58,192 nt of DNA from Candidatus Bathyarchaeia archaeon (GTDB taxonomy: Archaea; Thermoproteota; Bathyarchaeia; 40CM-2-53-6). Under the pieces are notes generated by a model. The model did not search any database, was not told where the DNA came from, and saw nothing but the letters and a program-made list of their open reading frames with translations. The stretch is from the NCBI GenBank assembly GCA_049517415.1, contig JBEKSC010000018.1, forward strand, positions 1 to 58,192, in the 5' to 3' direction. How positions within the stretch are numbered: the stretch's first letter is position 1; the number at the start of each line of letters is the position of its first letter. The position numbers were made by a program, and so were the translations under genes. Shown here one piece after another: positions 1-10,046 of this stretch.

Positions 1-222
1 CCAATGGAAATCCAACGAGAAGTCGGTATAAAGAAGGGCGACGAACTCCTTCTGATCAGAAAAGGGCAGAAGATAGTTCTGGAGAAGCCTCGAAGAATCG
101 TCAAGGTTCTTGAAGATGAGTTCGCAGATTTGCAAGATATTTCGGAAGCTTCGTTACGACGCATGTGGCTAAGGAAGAAGGAAGATATCTGGGACCGGTA
201 CCTCAAGGCGAGCACTAAGTGA
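1..222 (+). CDS. AbrB/MazE-family antitoxin (probably 5'-truncated by window edge)
   Basis: P.EIQREVGIKKGDELLL...KIVLEK swapped-hairpin motif; GTGA overlap with downstream toxin. Confidence 0.8.
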   Translation, partial: PMEIQREVGIKKGDELLLIRKGQKIVLEKPRRIVKVLEDEFADLQDISEASLRRMWLRKKEDIWDRYLKASTK

Positions 223-560
223 TTTTCCAACGAGATATCGTTTTACTCACATTCCCATTCTCTGATCTTAAGAGCTCGAAAGTCAGACCTGCCATTGTTC
301 TATCAAACAACAAGTACAACCGAAACTCAGAGGACTTTGTGGCGGTCCCACTTACTTCTAATTTGAAGTTAAGGGATTACGCTATCTCCGTTACCAACAA
401 CGAACTAGAGAGCGGCAACTTGATAGTCGATAGCAAAGTGAAAGTGGATAGGATCTTCAGCGTGAGCCAACGACTCGTCAGGATGAAGATCGGAAGAATC
501 ACGCCTGAAATTCACGAGCGAATTACCGGCATACTGTTTGAGCTGCTGCATGTCACATGA
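219..560 (+). CDS. PemK/MazF-family toxin
   Basis: DIVLLTFPFSDLKSSKVRPAIVLS...VPLTS signature. Confidence 0.92.
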   Translation: MIFQRDIVLLTFPFSDLKSSKVRPAIVLSNNKYNRNSEDFVAVPLTSNLKLRDYAISVTNNELESGNLIVDSKVKVDRIFSVSQRLVRMKIGRITPEIHERITGILFELLHVT

Positions 561-724
561 ATTCTTCACGAAGGAGACTCAAAAAGCAGATGGGGGCCCC
601 GAGCTACGACGAAGTTATCAGCAAGCTAGCTAGGTCAAAAGCGGGCATCCCCGACTCTCTCTTTGGTGTCTGCCGGAGTTCCCGTCGGTTTGTGAGGGAG
701 AAAGAAGACGAGCACCGCTTCTAA
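557..724 (+). CDS. Short VapB-like antitoxin (55 aa, possibly N-truncated)
   Basis: Manual translation MNSSRRRLKKQMGAPSYDEVISKLARSKAGIPDSLFG...EDEHRF; SYDEVI motif; lies just upstream of a PIN remnant. Confidence 0.55.
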   Translation: MNSSRRRLKKQMGAPSYDEVISKLARSKAGIPDSLFGVCRSSRRFVREKEDEHRF

Positions 725-736
725 CTTTGTAATGGA

Positions 737-1192
737 GAGTATCTGATTGGATCCAAGCAGGGTTCCAAAGCTGGAACCTACATTGAAGGGGGACGTGGTC
801 TTACGCCTTCAATCGTGCTAAGCGAACTGCGGAGATGGTACCTCAGAGAAATCCAGGCGGGGCGCAAGTCTCAAAGAGATATGCAAGAATACTTCACTTA
901 CGTTGAGTCTGTAACTGAGGTTGTGCCTCTCAATGCTCCACTCGCCCTATAAGCGGGGGAGACCGACTTTATCATGAAGAAGAGAATCAAGGCTTGGCCG
1001 CTAGCGGATTCGGTAATCTACGCAACTGCAAAGTCACGCGCGGCTAAGGTAGTGAGCGGAGATCCGCACTTCAGATCGATGGAAGACGTGATTTTCATAG
1101 GTTGGATGGCTACTTACAGACGACCCAAACGAATGTCTGAAGCAACTCATGCAATACCGCTCGGTTTAGACCACTTTTTTCAAAGCCTATGA
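737..1192 (+). pseudogene. VapC/PIN toxin pseudogene
   Basis: EYLIGS...TPSIVLSEL...LAL*AGE...WPLADSVIYATA...VVSGDPHF; in-frame TAA at 950-952; N-terminal Asp motif missing. Confidence 0.8.
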
Positions 1193-1375
1193 TTTCAGCG
1201 ACCGAGAGTTGTTGAAAATCAAATCGAACGATCTTGTCAAAGCTTAAGACGCTCAGAGGATTTTATTGACAAATATTCTGTTTTCATCCAGTCAGGCACA
1301 GGAACTGCAGAGGTTTCAAATCCCACGCTCGGCACTTTCAGTTGCTATCTCATCCAATTGCCAGCGCTTGGCTTG

Positions 1376-1591
1376 TCACAATGAAGCGAGAAAATCGTCT
1401 CTTGATATGTTACAGTCCCTCAGTATCCTATTCAAAAGGCCGATGCGTATTTCCTTCGTCGGCACGGTCACGAAAGTCCCGTTGCGCTGCAGAGTTACAT
1501 GGCTGCCCTTCTGTCGAACCTTGACGAACCCGAACTTGTTGCAGAGAATTTTAATGAGTTCTTTACCTTCTACCGGCCGTAGACGAGGCAA
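1376..1591 (-). CDS. hicA: HicA-family toxin
   Basis: GFVKVRQKGSHVTL...VTVP...GLLNRIL. Confidence 0.9.
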   Translation of the reverse strand: MPRLRPVEGKELIKILCNKFGFVKVRQKGSHVTLQRNGTFVTVPTKEIRIGLLNRILRDCNISRDDFLASL

Positions 1592-1607
1592 AGGTCTGGC
1601 CTAGGAA

Positions 1608-1811
1608 TCAATGTGCTGCAACTGTAAGTTCCCTTGTAGCCTTCTCCCTGAGAACGGACAAATGGAGGTCCAGCGCCTGTTGGAAATTTCGCTTGGCCTC
1701 CCTCAGAGTCCTCCCGACTGAGTAGACACCGAGAGCAGAGCACACGACGGCGTAGGTTCCGTTATCCTCTTCTATAATCTCCGTCTTCACGTCTTTCAGT
1801 TTCAAAGCCAA
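1608..1811 (-). CDS. hicB: HicB-family antitoxin
   Basis: EEDNGTYAVVC..LGVYSVGRTLREAKRNFQQALDL; adjacent to hicA. Confidence 0.88.
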   Translation of the reverse strand: MALKLKDVKTEIIEEDNGTYAVVCSALGVYSVGRTLREAKRNFQQALDLHLSVLREKATRELTVAAH

Positions 1812-1848
1812 GCCTCAATCACGCACGAAGTGGAAATGGCCATGACTC

Positions 1849-2058
1849 CTATAAGTGCTTCAAGTTTTGCGTATTCTTTGAGATGTGTCGGACGAAAGAT
1901 CTCTTTCCTGCTTTATCACGTGCAGTGGACATTACAATTGAATCAGCCAACCCCCAACCAGCTACACGTCTCTTCATCACGACATCCAGCTTGGCGGCTT
2001 CCACAGCCAGTAATGCGGTCAAGTTCACTAAATTTGATGAAGTTCTACAAATTGTCAA
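1849..2058 (-). pseudogene. Second VapC/PIN fragment
   Basis: AVEAAKLDVVMKRRVAGWGLADSIVMSTAR, paralogous to the fragment at 974-1100; truncated. Confidence 0.7.
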
Positions 2059-2091
2059 CGCGAATTCGGGCGAAGCGTGTTGCTGCGAGAG

Positions 2092-2379
2092 TCAGTACCT
2101 GACTTCGGGGAAGAATTTCTTCATGATTGCAACTATGGACTCGTTCTGGCACGGATTGAGGGAGACTTGCAGGCCGTAGCCTGTCGGCTTAGGAACAATC
2201 AGACCCTCACGGGTTAGTTGCTTTGTCAGTTTTTCCACTCTTGCCACATTGTGTTTGCCGGGATCCTCAGCCTTCCATCCCTTCTTCAGATTGTCCAGAG
2301 CTGTGTGGCTTGCTCCCCAGTTTCCCCTTTTGTAAAGCTTGAAAAGTATCGTGGCCTTGAATTGATCATCGGAAAACAT
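2092..2379 (-). CDS. Hypothetical small wHTH-like protein
   Basis: 95-aa ORF with WGASHT...LTREGLIVPKP..G..VSLNP. Confidence 0.65.
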   Translation of the reverse strand: MFSDDQFKATILFKLYKRGNWGASHTALDNLKKGWKAEDPGKHNVARVEKLTKQLTREGLIVPKPTGYGLQVSLNPCQNESIVAIMKKFFPEVRY

Positions 2380-2441
2380 AAGTTCACTTTTGGTACTTTG
2401 GGAGTCTAGTTTTAAATACTTTCAAAACCAATCCAATTGTT

Positions 2442-2789
2442 ATGTCGTATAAGCGGAACGAGACTTTGCTGGTCGAGTACCTCGGCCGAAGCCCGATACT
2501 GAGAATCATAGACTTCTTCCTAGACAACCCCCTGTCAGATTATTCCAAGAACGAGATAGTGAAGAACTTGGGAATGGGGCGGGTGACGTTCTTCAAGTAT
2601 TGGAAGGAGCTAGAAAAATCTGGAGCTGTCAAGGTCACGAGATCGGTTGGCAGAGCCACTATGTATCAGCTCGCTAGGCAGAATGAGGTTGTCAAGCAGC
2701 TGGTTCGCTTGGACATGGCTCTTGCAAGAGGAGCGATGGATAAGTCTGTCAAGGGATATGAGAAGGCTGTTGCAGTAAGACCTCGCTAA
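2442..2789 (+). CDS. Winged-helix DNA-binding protein
   Basis: RIIDFFLDN..DYSKNEI...VTFFKYWKELEKSGAVKVTRSVGRATMYQL. Confidence 0.8.
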   Translation: MSYKRNETLLVEYLGRSPILRIIDFFLDNPLSDYSKNEIVKNLGMGRVTFFKYWKELEKSGAVKVTRSVGRATMYQLARQNEVVKQLVRLDMALARGAMDKSVKGYEKAVAVRPR

Positions 2790-3216
2790 GTTTTGCTCTT
2801 GCCGCTTTCGTTCTCTTGCACTTTATGAAATGTTCTCCTGCGAGCCCCTCTAAGGATTTTGTTCTAACTTCGCCATTTCTCATTTCATGAAATACTGCGA
2901 GTTTGGAGATTGCGACGGTGAAGCAACGCAAAGCTTTGAAACTTGGCAAATTAAAGAAGTTGTACTGCGACGAGCATTACTCTTCCCCGTTGGAGAGCAA
3001 CCAAAGCGAAACCCCAGCTAATGCGAATGTAGTACTAGGGTACTACAGTCAAGTTTGTGGTGCTGGGTGGTTTTCAGTTTGCCTGCGCACTCGTTGATTT
3101 AGCGGTCCGACTCAAGCGACAATAATATCCCATTTTCGCGACGATTTGAACGTAACGTTCTCGTCAACCAATATTCCTAAGGTATTCTAAACTCAGTCCC
3201 AACCAGGGGACGAGGG

Positions 3217-4296
3217 ATGAGGATTTCTAAGGCTACTAGAAAATTCGAGAATTGGCTTGGGAAGCGCCTGCGGCTCGTCCAGGCAGACTTGGATTTGAAG
3301 CATAAGCTCTTGGCGGAACACCCATTCACGTTCCTTCGAGGAACATTCTATCGGTGGGCTCAAGTGCGGCCCGAACTCTGTCCGGAGCTTGCGAAGGCAC
3401 CGGAAGTTTTGGCGGTCGGTGACCTTCACGTTGAAAATTTCGGAACCTGGCGAGACAGTGAAGGCCGGTTGGTCTGGGGGGTTAACGACTTCGACGAAGC
3501 CTACCCACTACCGTACACAAATGACCTAGTCCGCTTGGCGGTAAGCGCCCAACTCGCGGTCACGTCGAGGCACCTGAAAATTGGAGGTGCCCGAGCGTGC
3601 AAAGCTATACTTGACGGCTACAGCGCCTGTTTGAATGATGGGGGTAGGCCATTCATTCTTGAGGAGCATCATGGTTGGCTTCGGGAGATTGCCACAAGCG
3701 ACCTTCGCGACCCACATAGCTTCTGGAGTAAAATGGCTGCCCTGCCTAGGGCTCGCGATGTGCCGAAAAGCGCCAAGAACCCGCTTGAAAGCCTAATGCC
3801 TGAAGGGAACCTCGACTACAAGGTAGCTCGTCGGGTTGCGGGCGGAGGGAGTTTGGGTTTTGAACGATTTGTGGCGTTGGCTGAATGGCAAGGTGGCAAA
3901 ATAGCGCGCGAAGCCAAAGCCCTCGCCCCATCAGCTTGCGTCTGGGCTTCCGCTGGCAGAAGCTCGAAGAAGATTCTTTACGAGGAGATCCTTAGAACCT
4001 CGTGTCGAGCACCCGACCCTTATGTTCGGACGCGAGGCCGATGGCTCGTGCGCCGACTCGCACCCGATTGTTCACGGATCGAACTGGTAATGCTCCCTAA
4101 GAAAGTGGATGAGGCGCTGCTTCTCGAAGCTATGGGATTTGAGACCGCTAACGTTCACCTCGGCAGCAAGACGGCGATGAAAGCCTTGCGCAATGATTTA
4201 GCGAAACGCAAAGACGGTTGGCTGCACGCCGCCGCGAGGAAGATGACTGAAAGCGTTGAAGACGACTATGAGGAGTGGTGTGAGAAACAGCCCTAA
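3217..4296 (+). CDS. DUF2252-family protein (kinase-like fold)
   Basis: PFTFLRGT, GDLHVENFG, NDFDEA motifs. Confidence 0.88.
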   Translation: MRISKATRKFENWLGKRLRLVQADLDLKHKLLAEHPFTFLRGTFYRWAQVRPELCPELAKAPEVLAVGDLHVENFGTWRDSEGRLVWGVNDFDEAYPLPYTNDLVRLAVSAQLAVTSRHLKIGGARACKAILDGYSACLNDGGRPFILEEHHGWLREIATSDLRDPHSFWSKMAALPRARDVPKSAKNPLESLMPEGNLDYKVARRVAGGGSLGFERFVALAEWQGGKIAREAKALAPSACVWASAGRSSKKILYEEILRTSCRAPDPYVRTRGRWLVRRLAPDCSRIELVMLPKKVDEALLLEAMGFETANVHLGSKTAMKALRNDLAKRKDGWLHAAARKMTESVEDDYEEWCEKQP

Positions 4297-4345
4297 CGCG
4301 ACCTAGAGCTTGTGACTGGCGCTCGCTTTCGTTTTCTACTTATGA

Positions 4346-6046
4346 TCAGCTTTGAGTCGATTGCTTGTATGCAGGCTCCAACTCGTGGATTCTTCCGAAG
4401 ATGTAATCGTTCCCGACCAGCTTAGTGATTCCGTAACGATCTAATTCGGCGCGCACGTTAGCTTGAACTTCAACCAGCGTGAAACGGATGCCTCTTTGCT
4501 TCAATAGCTCGCATGTTTCTCGTAGAGCTTCGGCCGCCGAGAAGTCTACGTCATCTACGGCGCCAAGGTCTAAGCAGAACCAGGAGATGGGAGGCAGAGC
4601 TCCCGTTATCAACTCGCGCACTTCAGTTTTGAACTGCTCGCAGTTTGCGTAGTACATGCTGTGGTTGAAGCGGTAAACGATTAGTCCCGGAAATAATTGG
4701 CCACGGCTAGATACGGGAGTAGAATTCCTAACGCCGTCGCTGTCCACTGAAAGCACGGTGTTGCTTGGCCGGTACCCACGTCGTGTATGGTCAAGGAGTG
4801 AGAGAACAATGGCTAGTATGATTCCTTCCCCCACCCCAACGAAAACCACGATGCCAGCAGTAAGCACGGCTATCCAGAATTCGCTGGGACGCTGAAGTAA
4901 GATCTGACGCATCTGCTTAATGTCTACGAGCTCAATCGCGATGACGAAAACGATAGCCGCCAAGACTGCGATTGGCATGTATGAGAGCGGGCCGGTTAGG
5001 AAGAGTATGACGATAAGGACGATGAAGACGGTCGTGAGTTGTGCAAGTTGAGTTCGGCCTCCGGCGCTGTCAACCATCTCAGTCTTCGTTGGACTACCGT
5101 TCACGACAAACGTGCCGGAAAGGGCTGCGCCCAAGTTGGCTATGCCGAGCCCAATTATGTCTAGGTTCTCGTCGAAAGTTTCATTGTACCGCGCTGCGTA
5201 CGCTCTGGAGGTGGCAGCGCTTTGAGCGAGGATGATTACGAACATGGAAACGGCGGTTGGAAGCAATTTCTGGAATATGCTCCAACTCACTGGCGCGTTT
5301 GGGATTCCAAGTTTCGGCAAACCGCTTGGAATCGTGCCGAGCACGGAGACACCGTGTGAGGCAAAATTTAGAGTGTAACTCAGGATGATTACGGAGACAA
5401 CTGCTATCAGCGCGACTGGAATCTCTTTTGAGATTTTTCTCGCACCAAAAATCACAATCAAAACGGCGATCGAGATTAGGACTGAGTAGATGTTCGTTCT
5501 TGGCATTTGCAGAATATCCGTGGTCACTGATTGAATTACGCCGCCGTGTCCCTGAATTCCAAGCATGTCTGGAATTTGCGTGATGGCAACTTCGATGCCT
5601 ACGCCCGCCAGAAAACCAATCAGGACGGTGCGTGAGAGGAAGTCGGTTAGGAAACCTATTTTTGCTAAACGGGCCACGATAAGCATTCCTGCAACCATCA
5701 AAGTGAGGACACCTGCATACGCCACATACTCAGGTGACCCCACCGCAGCAATTCCTACAAGCCCTGCCGCTAGAACCGCGGCAGTCGCCGAATCCGCGCC
5801 CACAACCAAGTGGCGTGATGAACCCAATAAAGCGTACAACGCCATCGGAAGCAAAATTGTGAAGAGGCCTGTGATTACTGGAGTGCCGGAAATTCTCGTG
5901 TACCCCATCACCTCAGGAACCGCCAGAGTTGCAAGGGTAACGCCGGCGAGTACATCCTTCAGAATCTGAGACTTCTCTACTGGCAGTATGCCCTGGAAGA
6001 TTGGCCAACGCATACGCGAACGCTCATTCTCCTTTGCGTTGATCAT
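4346..6046 (-). CDS. SulP/SLC26 anion transporter with STAS domain
   Basis: DVLAGVTLATLAVPEVMGY, GSSRHLVVG, C-terminal STAS (YANCEQF, DVDFSAAEAL). Confidence 0.95.
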   Translation of the reverse strand: MINAKENERSRMRWPIFQGILPVEKSQILKDVLAGVTLATLAVPEVMGYTRISGTPVITGLFTILLPMALYALLGSSRHLVVGADSATAAVLAAGLVGIAAVGSPEYVAYAGVLTLMVAGMLIVARLAKIGFLTDFLSRTVLIGFLAGVGIEVAITQIPDMLGIQGHGGVIQSVTTDILQMPRTNIYSVLISIAVLIVIFGARKISKEIPVALIAVVSVIILSYTLNFASHGVSVLGTIPSGLPKLGIPNAPVSWSIFQKLLPTAVSMFVIILAQSAATSRAYAARYNETFDENLDIIGLGIANLGAALSGTFVVNGSPTKTEMVDSAGGRTQLAQLTTVFIVLIVILFLTGPLSYMPIAVLAAIVFVIAIELVDIKQMRQILLQRPSEFWIAVLTAGIVVFVGVGEGIILAIVLSLLDHTRRGYRPSNTVLSVDSDGVRNSTPVSSRGQLFPGLIVYRFNHSMYYANCEQFKTEVRELITGALPPISWFCLDLGAVDDVDFSAAEALRETCELLKQRGIRFTLVEVQANVRAELDRYGITKLVGNDYIFGRIHELEPAYKQSTQS

Positions 6047-6485
6047 AGACTAACCACACAAAGGACATACTAGTATGCCCACTAACTCCTTGCGCAAAAC
6101 CTCCATTTCGAACCAGATCCTCCGAGGAGACATCGGCCATTAGGTTGAGCCTAATTGAAAAAAACAGCGGTCGGTTCGACGCAGTCACTATGACGGAAAG
6201 AGAGAGGCTAGGTTGTAGTTAATGTGTCAATCAAGTCATCACGTACCTGTGGCACATTCGCAAACTTCTTGGCCATAGCGGCCGCTTGAAAGGCATAGCT
6301 GCGTTCGAACTTCGTGTACCATGCTATCAATGAGGGTTCGGGCATGAGTGAGCAGGCGGTGAAGCTCTGGGGTACCCCCCCTGGAGTACACTGGTAACTT
6401 ATCGGGTGGTGGGCACTAATGTTGGTTCTGTTAATTCTTAGGGACTCTATTTCGGCTGTTAACCGTCGGGACTTGGCTTACGGCA

Positions 6486-6731
6486 CTAGATTTTTGCACC
6501 GCAAAATGGGCAGTAAGCATGGTTACGCAGAGTCTGTTCCTTACACTTGGGACAATGTGGTGTCAATGATTTCATCGTTCTAGTTTCTGAAAGAAACGGA
6601 ACCTTGAACCGAGATTCACTGCGGTGGCAGACTCCGCAGGTAACTTTGTCTCCAATCGGAGTCATCTTGAGACCGCATTTGCAACAAAACTTCACTTCGG
6701 GTTGCATCTGACATCTGAGCGTAAGCCACAT
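6486..6731 (-). CDS. Small zinc-ribbon protein (start uncertain)
   Basis: Four CxxC pairs ending YCPFCGAKI. Confidence 0.65.
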   Translation of the reverse strand: MWLTLRCQMQPEVKFCCKCGLKMTPIGDKVTCGVCHRSESRFKVPFLSETRTMKSLTPHCPKCKEQTLRNHAYCPFCGAKI

Positions 6732-6825
6732 GTGTTTACATTATTTGAGTTTGTGGCGGGACGTATTCTGTATAATCGAAGAAAGCGACTACTTACTCGT
6801 TCCGTTCTGACTTGGTGCTTGCCAT

Positions 6826-7176
6826 CTAGTGTGCAAGCATTTGTAATAGGCTCACTAATCCGAAAATCCAACCAAATCCAAGTAGGAACCCGTCTATGGC
6901 TGGATAGGTGGACAGGCTTTTGTGATGAGCGGCGTTGTAGTAGGTGACATATGCGGAGAGTAGTAGTAAAATCACGACAGCGGTAGTCTGCTCCAATGCA
7001 ACAATCTTGAGAACGCCTAACAGAAGTAGAACGGCGAATATGGCTCCCACGATAAAGCCATCTTTCATCTTTGCCAACGCAAACTCAGCAAAGAAACTCC
7101 GTGGGCTTTCAGTATTTGACAAACCACCCGATAAGTTACCAGTGTACCCCTGGAGGGGGGGTACATGATGACTCAA
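6826..7176 (-). CDS. Hypothetical membrane protein
   Basis: Three hydrophobic segments. Confidence 0.6.
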   Translation of the reverse strand: MSHHVPPLQGYTGNLSGGLSNTESPRSFFAEFALAKMKDGFIVGAIFAVLLLLGVLKIVALEQTTAVVILLLLSAYVTYYNAAHHKSLSTYPAIDGFLLGFGWIFGLVSLLQMLAH

Positions 7177-7179
7177 ATT

Positions 7180-7248
7180 CTAACCAGCTTCCTTGGCAAC
7201 GATTTTCTTGACCTTCTTCGCGGCAACTATCACGTTGTTTCGCGCCAT
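7180..7248 (-). repeat. Duplicated C-terminal coding fragment (MARNNVIVAAKKVKKIVAKEAG), copy of 7701-7745
   Basis: 7195-7239 vs 7701-7745: 37/45 identical, 7 of 8 differences synonymous in the minus frame. Confidence 0.75.
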
Positions 7249-7646
7249 GGCTCTAGCGCGGAGGCCGCTGCACAGGAGGGGATCCAGGCGTAGAAGTGCC
7301 TGGTTGCCTTCTGAGGTCAAGGGTGCATTCACCCTCTCTTGGGTGCATTCGGTGTACTTGCCCAGCAGGTTCGCCGGCTAAACGCGGGACTGTGAGACGA
7401 TCCAAGTCCCTGATTTGGGACCAGTGAGACCAAGCTCGCGGCAATTTGTATGGTGATTTGCGGGAATCGCCATACAATTCAGTCCCGCATCCCTCTGAAC
7501 GATGTACTTGGTCGCCAGCGACCATGTACATGGTTTGTGGCCCCAATCCCGTTTTCGGAAACATGTACCTATTCGCGGGTCCATTCGTACGGTCAGAATT
7601 GGGTTTCCAGATCCTGCCAAATGTAATACACCCTACTCAGGGCGTA

Positions 7647-7990
7647 TTACACCCTTGGAAAGGTATTGCTCTTCGTTGTCGAACAGCCATACCTTTTCCC
7701 GGCAACGGTCTTCTTCACTTTCTTTGCTGCGACTATGACGTTGTTGGCCACCACGGCCGCATACGTCGCGGCTGGAGCGATGATCGTGGCCATGCCAAGC
7801 CTAGGGCCTTTCCATCTGTGTGCTATCCACCAAACGACCAGCATGGCTACGGAGACGACGATCAGTTTCAGGAGGAACACGATCGGGGAGAATGGACCGC
7901 CCAACTGTAGCACAATTGGGTTGGCTTCAATCCCTCGGTCGGTGTTGACTGCGATCTGCGTGGATACGACGTCCGCCAGGTTGAGAGAGC
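7647..7990 (-). pseudogene. DUF5658-like membrane protein, 5' end disrupted
   Basis: Frame extends upstream of the track ORF as LNLADVVSTQIAVNTDRGIEANPIVLQL (D..T...G.EANP motif) with no in-frame start. Confidence 0.55.
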
Positions 7991-8090
7991 AATCTTGGTG
8001 TTGGTCTGCAAGTATAAGCGATTTGAAATTGTACGTGCTCGACCAATTCGAAGCGGATACTGAATCTTTCCTTCCGTTTTCTTAGGATTG

Positions 8091-9005
8091 TTAGGCGGAT
8101 ATTACGACTACCGTGCCTTTCATCCAGGGATGATAGGTGCAGACGTAAGTGTATGTGCCCGATTTGGTGAACGTGTAGGTCCAAGTATCGCCAGGATTCA
8201 GGTTACCTGAGTCGAAGCTATGGTCGGTGGCCGTGACGGTGTGAGGGGCAGTGTCGTTGTTTACCCATTCCACAGTGTTGTTAACTCCAATCACGACGGT
8301 TATGATTGAGGGTGAGTACCCGGTCGAGTTGGGGTAAGCTGCACCAGGCTGTATGGTCACCTGAGAGGTTGCGGGGCTTGTTGATGTTGTCAAGATGGTT
8401 GCGCTTGTTGATTGGTACGCAGCATTGGGCAATACCACTAGGTAGCCAAACATTCCCACTATGACATGGTAAGTGCAGATGAACTCGTATATGCCCGCGT
8501 ATTGGGCTACGAAGGTATACCTTGCAGTAACATTTCCAGGAGTGCCGGTTACCACTACGCCTGGAGAGTTATTGGTTGCTGGGACTGTGTTCTTCACGCC
8601 GGTAAGGTCGTTGTATAAGCCTGGGACGGAGGCATTCACGTTAATGTCGTAAGGTGCCCCGATGACGAAGTTGTGCATGACCGTGTCGTTGTTGATGAAA
8701 GTCAGCTTCACAGTGTCCCCCTGATTGACCACAATGAAGTCTGGGTAGAAGCGGTCTTGCCCCGACTGGGTTTCCTCCCACTGTACCCAGATTTCACGGC
8801 TCGTGGGCGGTTGGTTCATCACTGGTAGCTGAGCGGGCCCGCCGTTCTGTTGAGATGAAGATGCGGTTGCTTGTAAGATGCTTGGGGGAAGCGGCCGATA
8901 TGCAAGGGAAAATGCCGCTGCGAGAATGATAACAGCGATGAGCGCCAATGCTCCAACCTCAAACGAAAGCGCTCTTCGAATGACGAGAGCACGGCTTCGT
9001 TTCAT
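8091..9005 (-). CDS. Membrane-anchored two-domain cupredoxin (blue copper protein)
   Basis: N-terminal TM; two type-1 Cu sites: HNF...CTYH....M and PHTVT...CTYHPWM. Confidence 0.88.
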   Translation of the reverse strand: MKRSRALVIRRALSFEVGALALIAVIILAAAFSLAYRPLPPSILQATASSSQQNGGPAQLPVMNQPPTSREIWVQWEETQSGQDRFYPDFIVVNQGDTVKLTFINNDTVMHNFVIGAPYDINVNASVPGLYNDLTGVKNTVPATNNSPGVVVTGTPGNVTARYTFVAQYAGIYEFICTYHVIVGMFGYLVVLPNAAYQSTSATILTTSTSPATSQVTIQPGAAYPNSTGYSPSIITVVIGVNNTVEWVNNDTAPHTVTATDHSFDSGNLNPGDTWTYTFTKSGTYTYVCTYHPWMKGTVVVISA

Positions 9006-9295
9006 ATTCAGTCCCGAGCCCCAAGTTACCTCTTCCAAATAGAGATTGCGCGCATTCCCAACTCTGAGAGACAGGTGAAGAACGCTTCCTCTCACGGATG
9101 TTCGCGCAAACTTGTCTGCAGTTCAGCCCCTTAGAGGAGAAGTTCAGAGTGAAGTGAAAGATGTACGAGCTTCAGAGCTCGTGACTTCCGAGAGTACGAG
9201 GACTGCGCTATCCCGGGTTGAGAATCGCATGAACACAATCTAATGTTCGGCTTGACTCAGCTTATCCAACGAACTGATGGATGCTCTCTTACGAT

Positions 9296-9592
9296 TCAAG
9301 TATCGGTCTTCTTCTTGCCCTTCGGTACGTAGTCGAAGAAACGTTCCGTGATACCGTCCGCAGTCCATTCCGCACGCAATCTTGTACGGCGTTCAAGTTT
9401 ACGCATCCGTGATAGGAGCGTGCGGTTGAGATCACGTGCACTCTCCCCCGTCAACTCAGCTTCAACATCGAATCCCTCCTCGGTAGCTTTGACAGAGCCC
9501 TTCCCACCCAGGAATTCTTGCAGTGCAGTTTTGATAGCCGCTGGGTTATCGCTGCTTATGTGTGCGGAAAGCTTGAACCTTCTTTGAACCAA
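9296..9592 (-). CDS. Conserved hypothetical protein
   Basis: Coherent 98-aa ORF (GESARDLNRTLLS...RLRAEWT...ERFFDY). Confidence 0.7.
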   Translation of the reverse strand: MVQRRFKLSAHISSDNPAAIKTALQEFLGGKGSVKATEEGFDVEAELTGESARDLNRTLLSRMRKLERRTRLRAEWTADGITERFFDYVPKGKKKTDT

Positions 9593-9694
9593 AACCTCAC
9601 CCGCTACAGGGTCGGCTCATGCTCGGTGTCTCTCCTATTTCTAGATCACTCTAATGTAAGGCCTTATTGACACAAGATAATCGCATGTTACGGG

Positions 9695-9901
9695 ATGATC
9701 TTCACCATAGTGACAACGATCTTCCCAGGCTACGCAAGCTCCGTCGGCGTCACCGCTGAACTGATAGGGATACTGTTTGCAATTTTCGGCATATCTAGAG
9801 TTGCGGTTTTTGCAACTATTCAACACTACTTAAGTTTCGGTGAAGCCAGAGCTTTGATGCTTGTATCCTTAATGATAAGTGGAAGCTGGGTTCAGTTGTA
9901 A
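9695..9901 (+). pseudogene. MFS transporter fragment
   Basis: IFPGYASSVGVTAELIGILFAIFGISR resembles MFS TM7-8; flanked by stops. Confidence 0.5.
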
Positions 9902-10046
9902 ACATCTCCAATTATTCACCTGCCGGTGACCATCTGGAATGATAGTGGCGTCATTACTGAACATACTATCCTATGACAGCGGATAAATCCGCTAAACGTC
10001 CTCGTGTCTAGTGCAAACGATACACTCGGTTACTTGAGTTGAAAGC

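Noticed and set aside
2887..3000. Small frameshifted zinc-finger remnant (KYCEFGDC...YCDEH)
   Set aside because: Too short and fragmentary to support a call.
7195..7745. Diversity-generating retroelement TR/VR pair
   Set aside because: Differences are synonymous third-position changes rather than adenine-specific, and no reverse transcriptase is present.
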